Of a stretch of 64,000 nucleotides of DNA, positions 14,641-27,461 are shown in pieces. Below the pieces are notes generated by a model. It was given only the letters and a program-made list of their open reading frames with translations. It made no database searches and was not told where the DNA came from. The position numbers and the translations under genes are program-made. Position 1 is the first letter of the stretch. Every line of letters begins with the position of its first letter. The stretch comes from Hypanus sabinus (lineage: Eukaryota): positions 21,638,001 through 21,702,000 of the forward strand of contig NC_082731.1 of assembly GCF_030144855.1 (NCBI RefSeq), read 5' to 3'.

Positions 14641-14840
14641 AGGCAGTTGTCCACTTACTTTTAAGAAGTTAAGTTTCTAATTACAGAGGGATTTTTTTCG
14701 AAACGGTGAGGCCAATTTCCCCAACATATCATATGATCATCTTGAATGCGGATAGTGACCCTAAAAGCAGTACTGTGGAAAATGCGACCCCTTATTCCAG
14801 ATAGGGAAATACAAAATGAAGGCACGGCGATTACATCTTC

Positions 14841-15455
14841 TGTAATGGCGCGAGCCATGAAATCCGCATTCCGGATCACGCTCCAGTCCATGTCTCTACC
14901 GTGTCCAGCCCTTTGCTTGGATTCAGTCGTCCTGTGCTGGGGTTTCCATTGTCCTGTCCAGCAGTCTCACGTCAGGTCCTGTTGTCTCTCCCTCGACCAA
15001 GGACTGTGAGTTTTCGTCATGTCCATATGCCTCGCAAAGCAAACGATTACCTTGCCCTGGCCGTTGCTGGGATTCCCTCGTCCTGTGCTGGAATTCCCTT
15101 GTCCGGTACGGGAGTCTCTCGTCCCGTTCAGTTCCTTTTCTTGCCCAGTAACCTCGTCGTGTTCTCACCTAGTTCTGGCGTCCGAGCCCGAGTCAAGACA
15201 CATGTTCTTGGTCCTTGTCCTGTCTCTGGCTCGGAGTCGAAGCTGAGTCTCGTAGTTTCCAGTTCCGTGCCGGGTTCGCTATCCTGATCAGGCCTAGTCT
15301 TGGCCGGGAGTGCTTGTCTCGTCCGGGGCGGGTGTCATGCCCACTGTCCTTTCTTCCCGACTTTCCTTGCTTCCTTCTCACGCATTGTACTGTTCCAGGT
15401 AGTTCAGTGTTTTTGTCTTTCTTTTGGGTCCATTCCCAACGCCCTCCTTATGACA
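14841..15455 (+). mobile_element. LTR-like element (family B), TG...CA termini
   Basis: Starts tgtaatgg, ends cttatgaca. Its 3' half is homologous to 29047-29560 in the reverse orientation. No TSD seen. Confidence 0.55.
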
Positions 15456-15619
15456 GAACAGGCACTGTCCCAGCGACACAGACACTGTCGTTTAATTCAC
15501 GCTATCTTCTCCACTGTTGAATGTCTCCACCCATCCCACCCTCCCGCCCCCGCCCCCGTGTCGTCTATAGCCTGGTGAAGCGTTTTGCGTAGCCTGGAGC
15601 CTCCAATTAAGCGGAACAC

Positions 15620-16450
15620 TGTCATGGTCCTGGCCATGAAATCCCCATTACGGTTCACAGTCGGGTCCATGTTCGTTATTAAGGGTTTTCTGTGTTTGCA
15701 CGGTTTCTGTTGAGGTAAATGATTCTTTTTTAGGCTGGCTTCCTAAATATCTTCAGGATTTAGACTTCGGCCACTGGATTGTTCCTGTCCTAACCCCTTG
15801 TTTGTATCTCTTCCATTCACATACCTGCCTGGAGCCTTGCTTTGCCTTGCATCGCCTCGCCTTGCCTCTAACTGGAGCCTTACGTCGCCTCACCTTGCCT
15901 CTGACTGGAGACTTGCTTCGTCTCGCCTTGACTCTGCCTGGAGACTTGCTTCGCGTCGCCTTGGCTCTGGCTGGCGACTTGCCACGCCTCTGCTTGCCAC
16001 TTTCTGGAGCCTTACCTCGCCTCGCCTTGCCTCTGCCTGGAGCCTTGCATCGCCTCGCCTTGCCTCTACCTGGAGCCTTACCTCGCCTCGCCTTGCCTCT
16101 GCCTGGAGCCTTGCATCGCCTCGCCTTGCCTCTACCTGGAGCCTTACCTCGCCTCGCCTTGCCTCTGCCTGGAGCCTTACGTTACCTCGCTTAGCCTCTG
16201 CCTGGATACTTGCCTCGCGTCGCCTTGGCTCTGCCTGGCAAATTGCCAGTTTCCGGAGCTTTGCCTCGCCTTGCCCACTGCCTGGAACCTTGCCTCGTCT
16301 TGTCTGGTCTGCAGTCTCGCCCTGTTTGGAACCGTCTGTCCCTTCCACGCCTTCGCTCAGTACGTCCGGCCTTTTGCCGCGACTTAGCATTGGGCACTGT
16401 CTCTTGGTGTTCAGCGTTCAGTGTAATGAGTCCCAGCATTATGTCTTGTA
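15620..16450 (+). mobile_element. LTR-like element (family B), 3'-truncated, containing a minisatellite
   Basis: Starts tgtcatggtcctggccatgaaatcc, similar to the start at 14841. The end ...gtgttcagcgttcagtgtaatgagtccc matches 29565-29600 in reverse. Confidence 0.5.
15830..16230. repeat. 33-bp minisatellite, about 12 units
   Basis: Unit ctcgccttgcctctgcctggagccttgcatcgc repeated in tandem; it produces the periodic LALPLPGALPR ORFs. Confidence 0.9.
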
Positions 16451-17099
16451 ACGAAGGATAAGTCCCGTATTTCAGAATTCCATGCTACTAATACAGTGAG
16501 TTGGGAGCAAATTCCTCGAAACAAACATTTTTTTTTTCGAATTAACGACGAATCCGCAGATCCCACAGCCAGTAGATGCCTTATTCGAGGAAATCACGAG
16601 AAAATAATAGGAACTGAACTTTAGACTGGAGCGTGGTCACTGCACAAAACTGCCCGACGTTGGAGGTGTTTACTGAAATTTGCACGCCAACAATTCCTGT
16701 ACGAAGTCAAAAAGCACCATCATTCCTCAAAACGCTGAACGAAATTAGTTGTATCCAATACATTAAACTCTGATAATTCCTGTAATGCCTTCACTGTCCG
16801 ATACTGGACTGTAGGGGATAAATCCAGCGTGCAACAAACAGAACAGCGGAGCCTCCACATCTCCGTCCGACAAAAACAACGTTGCCTCAGAAATAAAATT
16901 GAGAACGGCGTCACAGTCGCGGGCTTTGTTTTAAATACTGACTGGGGTATGCAATAACGTGACATAAAAACATCCCGCTCAAAAGACCAAACTTACTATC
17001 ACTTGATCAAACTGTCAGCATGTAACAACGTACTTTATTTACTACCTTTTTGATTCTGCATGCCTATGGCAATTTCAATTGTCCCATAGTCTCAAAATT

Positions 17100-17420
17100 T
17101 GTCGTATCATCTGCCTGCCCTTTCTGACAATCTAAATATACACCATCGTTTTATCTTTCACCATCCGTCCTGTCCTGAGTGCCTTTACTGTTGTTCCCGT
17201 CCAAGCTAAATATTCTCATCCCTCCCCAATAGCCGTGACGAAGCTTCCGAAGAGAATACTGGTTCCCCTTGTGTTGAGGTACAACCCGTCCCTTTTGCAC
17301 TGGTCACACCTCCCACGGAAGATATCGCAGTGATTTTGGAACCATAAGGCCCGGCTCCTGCACCAGCTTCTCGAGCATGCATTGATCTGTCAAATTATCC
17401 TGTTTCTACACACACTGGTG
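17100..17420 (-). mobile_element. CR1 fragment (ORF1 esterase-like region)
   Basis: cccttttgcactggtcacacctcccacggaaga... is the reverse complement of the CR1 ORF1 end motif seen at ~32.45 kb. Confidence 0.4.
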
Positions 17421-19017
17421 CAATGTTGCTTTCGCAAACGTTGGATATTTTCTTTCTCAGCCTAGCTGAACAAATTCCTCCCTCAGCAGCTCTATGCATT
17501 TCCATCGATGTCATCAGTACCAATCCGTAATAATAAACGTGCCTGCTCTCATTCATTCTCCAAAATGCCGTGGACATAATCGGAGAATTCCCTGTCTCTG
17601 TCACAAGAAGCATGTTTACCAGTCCGTTGTGCCGTTCAAGTCCATGGAATCTCTTGTGTATTCTTCTGACTACTGCACAATCACTACAGATTCCCTCTCT
17701 TCCCTCTTTCCCTTCTGCAGCATGTTTCGAGTCCAGTGCGAGTAACCTGTACTCCGCAGCTGTCGCTTAGGAGGTAATCCCTCGTGATAGTATCCAAAAT
17801 TGTATATTTCTTTCTGAGTAGAATATCCCAAAGGGTGTTCTGTGAAAACTGTCTATCCCCAGTTCTGTTTCTTCAGCAGGCTATTCGTGTCCTACAACCT
17901 ACGAGATAGCATTCTTCTGTATCTCAGATCGAATATATCCACGTTCCCCCGTTCAAGGAAAGTCATCCAGCTGATGCTTCAGATTATCCGATATGGTCTT
18001 CAAAGAAGTACGGATGGATGCAGTTCACGTGGTGTTAGATTCCTGGGAGGGTCTGTGTTTCTAATATCTATGGCATTCGGCAGGAAAACCACAACGGCCA
18101 AGTAAACTAAATTAAATTCCACTTTCACAGTGAGGATAAAGTGGAACTTAACAACAACTTCCCAGACCACTAACGCAAAGCCACTTACTCTTGTGAACCG
18201 AAGCCTCTTTTGTACAAAAGCCTGAGACATTCTCTCTCACCTCTGATCCACTACCAGTAATTACTGCTCCGTTCTTCCCTTATGTATATTCATTTATACC
18301 TTTGTTGCTTCGCTCCCGCTGCTGATTTGGACGCCAGAATTAATAGGACAAAGAAAAGGAAATAACTAAATAGATAATCACCTGAAATGGGCAATCCCTG
18401 TTCTTCACACATCCAGGGTTGTGCTTGAAAAGGTGCGTGTAATAAAGTAGTGCATGACACATGTTGTGCAAGCTAGTTATTGGAATTACAAACTCTTTCG
18501 AGTAAACATTTATACAAAAAGTATGTGTCACCAAATTTCCATAATTGCTGATTTTAAAGTCTCATCAAAAGAACAGCACTAATAGAATAATTCTGTATTT
18601 CTTAAGCAGTTTGAGAAGATTTGATTATGCAGGAATACCTGAGAGAACAAACCGGCTGCATCAGTATCTGGTATGCGGGCGCTGCACAGGAACAGAAATA
18701 GCTGCAGATAATTAGTTCCTCCATTGGAACAAACCCCCTCATCATGTCGGTGATACCAGCTTCTCAGTGTACTGTCAGCAAGAAAGCACAGGGACCTGAG
18801 GGCACAACAGACCAGCTTAATTTCCTCTGCTTCACTGCATCATATATCTGAATGTACATTAATCCTCGGACAATACATCTCAGTTGTTCTTCCACCCACA
18901 CACCCAGACAGACAATCATATTGCAAATGTGCTATCATAAGTTTTTCAGATGGCGTTACTTCCTGGTGGACGATTTACAACAATCAGATAAATATTTTGT
19001 CATTCACAGTGGACATT

Positions 19018-19854
19018 TGTTACGTATTCAGGCAACAATAAATATATGAGTTCGGCAATGGTTTATATAACAAATAACACGTTTATTAAATACTGAAAAC
19101 AAACCCCCCAAAAGTAAACAAACACTAACGTAACCGGAAAGCAGCTGCTGTGCGGCAGTTTCAACAGTTCTGAAAGCGATGTTGCAAAAACAGTTCTTTT
19201 AAGTAGTATTGCCAAAAGTTCAAAAATGCTCACAGTCCATTTAAAAGTAGAGACTTTATAAGACGATTTAAATTCTCTTTCACGTCGTTTTGCTTCGATC
19301 CCCGGCGTCGAAATTTTCCCAGGAAGAATTTACGAAACGAAACGGCTTAAAGGCACTGACCTTTCCTTTATCAGACTGTCCTCAATCTTCTGCTCTCCCG
19401 CAGAGATTAACACAAGAACAGTCAACGAATTCCTTTCGAAAAAGGTTTAAATAAGGTCGAACCAGTTTCACCTTCGTAAATCGGTTCTTCTCGATCTTTA
19501 ACTCCCGAACTCCGGTCTTCACTTTCCACTGATTCTCAAACTAGCAGTATTGTATAGAACCTGCTGGCAATGAACTTTTAAACTTTAGGCATTAGCTAAA
19601 ACTTCATCTTTCAACGAAACTGCGTCATCACATTAAATCACGCAGTGGCATGAAGTCAACCTGGCAAATCCAGCATCGAACTGCCCCTCCGCACAGGGTG
19701 GGGTCTTCCTTTAATAACCTGTAAAAAAAAACTGTCACATGATCTCTACTGGCGGGAAAATGACGTCACTCCACCATCACAGGGCCATTACATCAAGTCC
19801 AGTATACCTTCAACCCTTGTCACGTGACGTGTCATGTGTCACGAATACATAAAA
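19018..19854 (-). mobile_element. Solo LTR of the Gmr1-like Gypsy family
   Basis: Reverse complement of the LTRs at 20503 and 26154; imperfect 4-bp TSD catt/catc. Confidence 0.85.
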
Positions 19855-20502
19855 CATCCAATAAATGATCCGGGGAACGATTGACCTGCAACTGTCCTGA
19901 TATCGTCGTATGTTCCTTTAGATCCCTGTACAATTCCATATTATTGCGATATACCATCACCGTTGAGGCTGGGTGAAATACTCGTTCGGGAATGTGTATT
20001 ACAACACTTTCGCGCAGGAGCTGCTGGAGAGAATTTTGAGGAAATTCGAAGGGGGGGGGGACGAAGGGAGTAACAATACGAGATTTCATGGACCTCAAAG
20101 GAAATCCGAATAGGGAAGGTCTTGAAAATCCATCAAACAGAGGCGATTGGAGTCGAAACCAGCAGAGACGATACAGAGATCAGAGGTTGAAGAATTATTT
20201 CTGAGCCGGGCCAAATTGGAAACTGCTTGTATTGCCCTTATCAAGAGAACTGATTTTAAGGCTGAAAGCGAGGCGTCTTTTAAGGTTTGCACGATTTATC
20301 CGACGCGCCATAATGAAGTGAACGGGATGTCGGCAAGAAAGACGGGCTCGTTGCTGTTGCTGTTCCGCTGGATTTCCTCGAACGTCTTTTGCGTTAAGGA
20401 TATCTGAATCAGCATGTTTTTAAATTTTATTGGATACTGAGGCTGTTGCATTTCACTCCGCCACCCCCACACACTCTCTCTCCGCTCATTGATATTTAGT
20501 AC

Positions 20503-21334
20503 TGTTACTTACTCATGACACATGACAGTGGTGACCTTGTCACGTGACTGGGGTTGAAGCTATACCTGACTTGAGGTTATGGTCTTGTGATGGTGGAGTG
20601 ACGTCATATTCCAGCCAGTAGAGATCATGTGACAGGTTTTTTATACAGGTTATAAAAGTAGACCCCACCCTGTGAGGAGGGGCAGTTCGTGGCTGGGTTT
20701 GCCTGGTTGACTTCAAGCCACTGCGTGTTTTAAAGTGATGACGCAGGTTAGTTGAAAGATGAAGTTTTATTTAATGTCTAACGTTTAAAAGGTCATTGCC
20801 AGCAGGTTCTTTACGATTCTGCTAGTTCGAGGAAATTAGTGGAGAGTGAAGATCGAAGTTCGGAAGTTAAAGATCGAGAATTGCTTTCGACGGTGAAACG
20901 GGGGCGACCTTTGTTTGATTTGAAAGGATTTCGTTGATTATCGTCGTGTTCATCCCTGGGTTTAACCAGAAAGGATTGAAGGTAGTGGAGAAGGAAAGGT
21001 CAGTGCCTTTAAGCCATTCTGTTTCATGAATTCCTCGTGGGAAGTTCGACGTCGGGGATCGAAGCCAAGCGACATGAAAGAGAATTTAAATCGTCTTATA
21101 AAGTCTCTCCTGTTAAATGGACTGTGAGCATATCGAACTTTTGGCAATACCTCTTTAAAGAACTGTTTTTGCAATATCACTTTTAGAACTGAGCTGCTGC
21201 ACAGCAGCTGTTTCCGGTTGCGTTAGTGATTGTTTACTTTTGGGGGGTTTGTTTTCTGTGTTTAATAAACGTGTTGTTTGTTATAAGAAACCCTTGCCGA
21301 ACTCATATATTTATCGTTGCCTGAATACGTAACA
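20503..21334 (+). repeat. 5' LTR
   Basis: tgttacttactcatgacacatgacagtgg ... ctgaatacgtaaca. Confidence 0.95.
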
Positions 21335-21341
21335 ATAAATA

Positions 21342-21359
21342 TGGGGGCTGCGTCTGGAT
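21342..21359 (+). promoter_or_regulatory. Primer-binding site, tRNA-Pro-like
   Basis: tgggggctgcgtctggat, 7 nt after the 5' LTR, close to the complement of the tRNA-Pro 3' end (TGGGGGCTCGTCCGGGAT). Confidence 0.7.
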
Positions 21360-21457
21360 TTGATCGTTTGAGTTTAAATGCTTGCTGACTTTTGAATCGG
21401 TGTTTTGGAAACGGGGATTACTCTGTTCTTTTGTTTGGCTTGTGGTATTCGGCAGCA

Positions 21458-22560
21458 ATGAATATTGATGAGTTTCTGGCTTCGCCAGCTTCGGAGATGT
21501 TGGAGAATGCGAAAAAAACTGAGGTGCTTGAGATAGCTAGTAGACTGCAACTTAAAGGAATTTTGCAGACTACATCTAAGGCTGTGATACAGAGAAAAAT
21601 CGCTTCACATAATGTGGTCTCGGGTGTTTTTGATGAATCGATTTTAGTGTCGTTTCCAATAAGTAATCTGGAGATGAAGTTGCAAATCGAACAAATGAAA
21701 TTGGAACAAAGTAAAGCTGATTTGGAGAGGTGTAAATTGGAGGCGGAACAAAAGCAGAGAGAATCTGCATATGCAATGGAGGAATTAAAGTCTGGGAATC
21801 AGTCTTCTTGTTCTAAAAAACCGTTTGTTGCTAGTCAAGAAATTAAATTGGTCCCTCCATTTAGTGAAACAGAAGTGGAAAGGTATTCTCAACATTTTGA
21901 AACTATTGCTCGGATGTCAGAGTAGCCGAAAGATAAATGGTCAGTGTTGTTACAGAGTGTAATTAAAGGCAAAGCACAACAAGTTTACAGAGCTTTAACA
22001 GCTGCGCAAGCACTTGATTATGAAATTGTAAAGAGGCATATCTTAAACGCATATGAGTTCGTCACAGAAGCTTATAGGGAAAGATTCAGATGTTTGAAAA
22101 AATTCTGTGGAAAAAACTTATGTGGAATTTTCCTATGATAAAGCTATGTGTTTTGAGAGATGGGTTTCTTCTAAAAATGTAAATGGGGACTATGATACAT
22201 TGAGAGAGCTGATTTTAATGGAGGAATTTAAAAGAAGCATTCCTGTTGAAGTAAGGACCTACGTAAATGAGAAGGATACTGACAAATTGCAGGACTGTGC
22301 TAGATTAGCTGATGAGTATGTTTTAATCCATAAGAATAAATTTCCTCAGGGAAGAATTTTTAAGAGGAAAAATAACATGGAAACTCCAGGTAAATCTGAA
22401 ATTAAATCAGAGGTTAATGAGAAAGTTGAAGAGAAAGGAAAGCCTGTGAAGGAAAGACAGTTTGGTCATATTTGTAACTATTGTAAGAAGCCTGTCCATG
22501 TAATAGCTAACTGTTTCAAATTGAAAAAGAAAGAGAAGGAAGCAGTTACAGATGCTTGTG
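21458..22560 (+). pseudogene. gag: gag with SCAN-like capsid C-terminal region and CCHC zinc knuckle (frameshifted)
   Basis: ATG at 21458; LRELILMEEFKRSIP...ARLADEY; CNYCKKPVHVIANC (C-x2-C-x4-H-x4-C). Broken by a stop and a frameshift. Confidence 0.8.
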
Positions 22561-25500
22561 TGCAACATACTGAAGCACCTGTAAAGTTACAGGGTTTGAT
22601 AAAAACAAATGAGCCTTTGCTAGAGTCTGACCAAGTTAAAAAGGGGTATAATCATTTTATAACTGTAGGGTTTGTATCCTTGAAAGAAGGATCTGCTCTG
22701 GTGCCAATAAGAATCCTTAGGGATACTGGTGCTTCTCAATCACTGATGTTAGACAGTGTGTTGAAGTTTAATGAAGAGTCTGATACTGGTGAGGTGAATT
22801 ACATAAGAGGTGTTGGATGTGATTTTATGCCTGTACATTTATTTAAGGTCAGTGTTAGTTACAGAATTTGTTAAAGTAGGATTTCAGCATAGCTTACTTG
22901 TGAAGGGTATTTTTTATTGTTAGGTAATGACTTGGCAGATCGACAAGTTTTTCCTGAAGTGCATTTGACAATGGAGTCAGAGGGACCAGAGTTGAATTCT
23001 AACACAGATTCTTCCTGTGTTGTGACTAGAACTATGGCTAAAGAGATTGATTCGCCGAATGAGGTTGTTACTCAAGACTGTTCAACTCAGGATTCGAGTT
23101 TTGATGATATGTCAGAGAATTCCTTATCTTTGTTGTTTGAACAAGATTCTTGGAGTAAGTCTGACTATAAAGGTTTATCTCTGTCTCGGAAGGAGAGGAT
23201 AGCAGAGCAGAATAGAGACTCTGAGATTATAAAAGTAAGGGAGATGGTTTTACTAGATAGTGAAATTGATAAGGTGCCAGTAGAATATTACCTGGAAAAA
23301 GGAGTGTTGATGAGGAAGTGGAGATCACCTACAATTCCTGCAAGTGAGGCTTGGAATGTTGTTTACCAGGGAGTTGTCCCGAAAGTTTATCGAAATGAGA
23401 TTTTGACATTAGCTCATAGTGTGCCTTTAGGTGGACATCAAGGGGTAAGGAAAACTGTGGACAAGATTTTAAAACATTTTTACTGGCCTGATGTTTTGTA
23501 AATCGTGCCATACTTGTCGAATTGTAGGTAAACCAAATCAGGTTACACCAGTAGCTCCATTACAACCTATCCCAGCATTTGGTGAACCATTTTCTAAAGT
23601 TATTGTAGATTGTGTTGGTCCATTATCAAAGACAAAAACTGGTTATCAGTATTTGTTAACTATCATGTGTACTTCGTATAGGTTTCCAGAGGCAGTACCA
23701 CTTAGGAATATAAAAGCTAAGATTGTGACAAAGGCCATTTTTTTTTACTTATTTTGGATTACCTAAGGAGATACAAACTGATCAAGGCAGTAATTTTATG
23801 TCTGGATTATTTCAACAGATAGTATATAAATTGGGAGCTAAGCAAATCACTTCGTCTGCATACCATCCCGAATCGCAGTGGGCCTTGGAGAGGTTTCATT
23901 CTATCCTCAAGAATATGGTTAGGACATTTTTTTGTGGAAAATGAAAGTGACTGGAATGAGGGTATAAACTTACTTTTATTTACAGTAAGGGAATCGGTAC
24001 AGGAATCTTTAGGTTTTAGTCCATTTCAACTTGTGTTTGGGCATAGAGTTAGGGGACCTTTAGCTTTATTGAAAGAACAGTGGATTAGTAAGGAAGTACA
24101 CACTAATTTGTTGGACTATGTTTTGAAATTTAAGGACAGGTTACATAAAGCTTGTAGCTTAGCTAAGGAAAATTTAAAGTTGGCTCAGGAGAAAACGAAG
24201 ACTTGGTATGATAAAGAAGCTAGGATGAGGATGTTTAAGCCTGGAGATAAGGTGTTTTTTTGTTTTTTTTTTCACAGTGCAGACAAATCCTTTACAAGCT
24301 AGATTTCATGGTCCTTATGAAATTGTGTCTAAAATCAATGATGTGGATTACGTGATGAAAACTCCAGATCGTAGAAGGTCAACACAACTTTGCCATATAA
24401 ATGTTTTGAAACCATATTTTGAGAAACAATCTGATACTGTGACTGTTGTGGTTAGTGAGAATGAGTTTGCTTTAACTAGTAACATGATAGATGATTCATC
24501 TGACTTTCATTCTAAATCCAACATTGTTTCTGTTAGGTTACCAAATTCAACCATTCTGGAAAATATTGATGAATAATTAGCACATTTACAGTTAGAGCAG
24601 AGACAACAGATGAAGGAGTTAATTTTTAAATATAAGGAGTTGTTTCCAGATGTTCCGAGAAGGACTACTATAGCTTCACATGATGTAGATGTTGGAGATG
24701 CCAAACCTATTAAACAACATCCATATAGGATGAACAAGGAAAAATGTGAACTTGCATGAAAGAAATTGAATACATGTCAGAGAATAATATCATTAGACAT
24801 TCTAACTCGAATGGGAGTTCGCCATGTGTTATGGTGCCAAAACCAGATGGTTGTATTAGGTTTTGTACGGATTATAGGAAGGTGAATGCTGTAACGAAAA
24901 CAGATGTATATCTAATTCCTAGAGTAGATGATTGTGTAGATAAAGTTGGAAAAGCAAAGTTCCTTACAAAGATTGATTTATTGAAAGGGTATTGGTGTGT
25001 TCCATTAACGGACATAGTTAGAGGCATTTCTGCATTTGTAACTCCATCTGGGTTATATGAATATAATGTTCTTCCATTTGGGATAAAGAATGACCCAAGT
25101 ACTTTCCAGAGAATGACTAACTTTGTGAGTAAGGGATTGAAAGATACTGATGCTTATATTGATGATTTAGTGACAGGAAATTATACTTGGGAAGCACACA
25201 TTATTGCGATGGAGAAATTGTTTGAAAGGCTTTCAAATCTAACTTAACTATTAATTTAGCTAAAAGTGAATTTGGACATGCCACTGTGACTTACCTTGGT
25301 TATGTTGAGGGTCAAGGTACGGTAGCTCCTGTTCAGGCAAAAGTTCAGGCAGTTTTAGAGATTCCCACTCCAACGGGGAAAAAGACTCTCAGAATGTTTT
25401 TGGGAATGGTAGGATATTATCGGAAATTTTGTCAGAATTTTGCTAATGTTGCCCTTCTATTAACTAACATTCTGCAGAAGAATGAGAAGTTTGTATGGAC

Positions 25501-25960
25501 GGTGCCTTGTCAGGAAGCATTTGAAAAATTGAAAACAATGATATGTCAACAACCTGTGCTTAAGGCACCTGACTTTGGAAAACCTTTTTCATTGGCTGTG
25601 GATGCTAGTGATGTGGCTGCAGGAGCAGTACTAATGCAAAGGAATGAGGGTGATGAGGTTGAGCATCCAGCAGCTTACTTTTCTAAGAAATTTAATAAGC
25701 ATCAAAGAAACTATTCGACCATAGAGAAAGAATTGTTATCTCTTGTTTTCGCTTTGGAATATTTTGAGGTATATGTTGGTACAACTCAAAAACCACTTAT
25801 TGTTTACACTGATCATGATCCGTTAGTTTTTCTGAGTAAGATCAAACACAAAAACAGTAGATTATTAAATTGGAGTTTGGTGTTACAAGAGTACAATATT
25901 GTGATAACTCATACTAAAGGTAACGATAACGTGGTTGTTGATTGTCTATCTCTATGTTGA
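22560..25960 (+). pseudogene. pol: pol in the order protease - integrase - RT - RNase H (disrupted)
   Basis: Protease LRDTGASQS (~22720). Integrase HSVPLGGHQG...CHTC...PFSKVIVDCVGP (23400-24300). RT RFCTDYRKVN...KIDLLKGYW...AYIDDL (24756-25247). RNase H LAVDASD...YSTIEKELL...VYTDH (25286-25960). Confidence 0.9.
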
Positions 25961-26144
25961 AAGTACACTGTAATTTTTTTATGGAGTGTTTTTTTTTTCA
26001 ATTGTAACATTCCTACTGTATTGTGAATTATAAGCTGTTATATGATGGTGTTGTGTATTGTATATGTTATAAAATTTATACCTTTGTTTTTCCTGTAAGC
26101 AATTGTTAAATTTTTTGTTCTTGTCAGAGCAAAAATGTTTTCTT

Positions 26145-26153
26145 GGAGGGAAG
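26145..26153 (+). promoter_or_regulatory. Polypurine tract
   Basis: ggagggaag immediately before the 3' LTR. Confidence 0.7.
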
Positions 26154-26985
26154 TGTTACGTACTCGTGACACATGACAGTGGTGCCCTTGTCACGTGACT
26201 GGGGTTGAAGCTATACTGGACTTGAGGTGATGTTCTTGTGATGTTGGAGTGACTTCATTTTCCCGCCAGAAGGGATCATGTGGCAATTTTTTTTACAGGT
26301 TATAAAGGGCAGACCCCACCCTGTGAGGTTGGGAAGTTCGTGGCTGGATTTGCCTGGTTGACTTCATGCCACTGCGTGTTTTAAGTGATGACGCAGTAGA
26401 TGAAGTTTTATTTAATGCCTAAAGTTTAAAAGGTCATTGCCAGCAGGTACTTTACGATTCTGCTAGTTCGAGGAAATTAGTGGTGAGTGAAGATCGAAGT
26501 TCGGAAGTTAAAGATCGAGGATAATTGCTTTCTACGGTGAAACGGGGTCTACCTTTGTTTGATCCTTATTTGGAAGGATTTCGTTGACTATCGTCGTGTT
26601 CATCCCTGGGTTTAACCAGAAAGGATTGAAGGTAGTGGAGAAGGAAAGGTCAGTGCCTTTAAGCCGTTCTGTTTCGTGAATTTTTTCTGGGAAGTTCGAC
26701 GTCGGGGATCGAAGCCAAGCGAAGTGAAAGAGAATTTAAATCGTCTTATAAAGTCTCTCCTTTTAAAAGGACTGTGAGGATATCGAACTTTTGGCAATAC
26801 CAATTTAAAGAACTGTTTTTGCAATATCACATTAAGAACTGAGCTGCCGCACAGCAGCTGTGTCCGGTTGTGTTATTGTTTGTTTACTTTTGGGGGGTTT
26901 GTTTTCTGTGTTTTATAAACGGATTGTTTATTATAAGAAACCCTTGCCGAATTCAATATATTTATTGTTGCCTGAATACGTAACA
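26154..26985 (+). repeat. 3' LTR
   Basis: tgttacgtactcgtgacacatgacagtgg ... cctgaatacgtaaca, followed by the TSD gtac. Confidence 0.95.
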
Positions 26986-27461
26986 GTACTTTTTAATTTT
27001 TTATGTGTTTTATCCTTCAGGCTGTCTGTAAGCATTCGGAATTAATTGCTGATTAAACATGCATATTTTGTTTAAATATGTTGATTAAAATGTTTTGGAC
27101 TTTGAAATTGGACATTATTTATGAATAGCTTTCATCTTCGATACATTTCGGATCGAGTAAAAAAAAACGATTGCTAACCCGGCGTTAATCTCTAATGCCA
27201 TCAACATGGAAATATTTTGAAAAGATTTCTGAGATATTTCATGTGTTCATAGATAACGACATTCAATGACAATGACAAAGAAGTTCCTCAACTTCGTAAA
27301 ACACTTCCAGCAGCATTGGAAACTTTCTCAAATGTCCCCTGACACTGCCTTCCTTTACATGTACAACTTAACTGGGAGTGCGTGCAATTCTTCTCAAACA
27401 TCAGTAATGATTATTTCAGTTACTGCTGTTTCATCATTGTTCATTGAATGAGAATTGCAAT

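Larger units (their letters stand above)
20503..26985 (+). mobile_element. Full-length Gmr1-like Gypsy LTR retrotransposon (inactivated)
   Basis: Paired LTRs (TGTTAC...GTAACA) at 20503-21334 and 26154-26985, perfect 4-bp TSD GTAC on both sides, PBS, PPT, and gag, protease, integrase, RT and RNase H remnants. Confidence 0.95.

Noticed and set aside
15830-16230. CRISPR-like periodic array
   Set aside because: Contiguous repeats without unique spacers, in eukaryotic DNA.
15798-16451. Long Leu/Ala/Arg-rich ORFs on both strands (217, 130 and 166 aa)
   Set aside because: Products of the 33-bp tandem repeat inside an LTR-like element; no splice or start context.
16720-16965. Cys-containing ORF between repeats
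   Set aside because: No recognisable domain or splice pattern on either strand.
19860-20460. ORF-rich stretch between the solo LTR and the Gypsy element
   Set aside because: Short overlapping ORFs on both strands with no recognisable motifs; probably an unclassified repeat.
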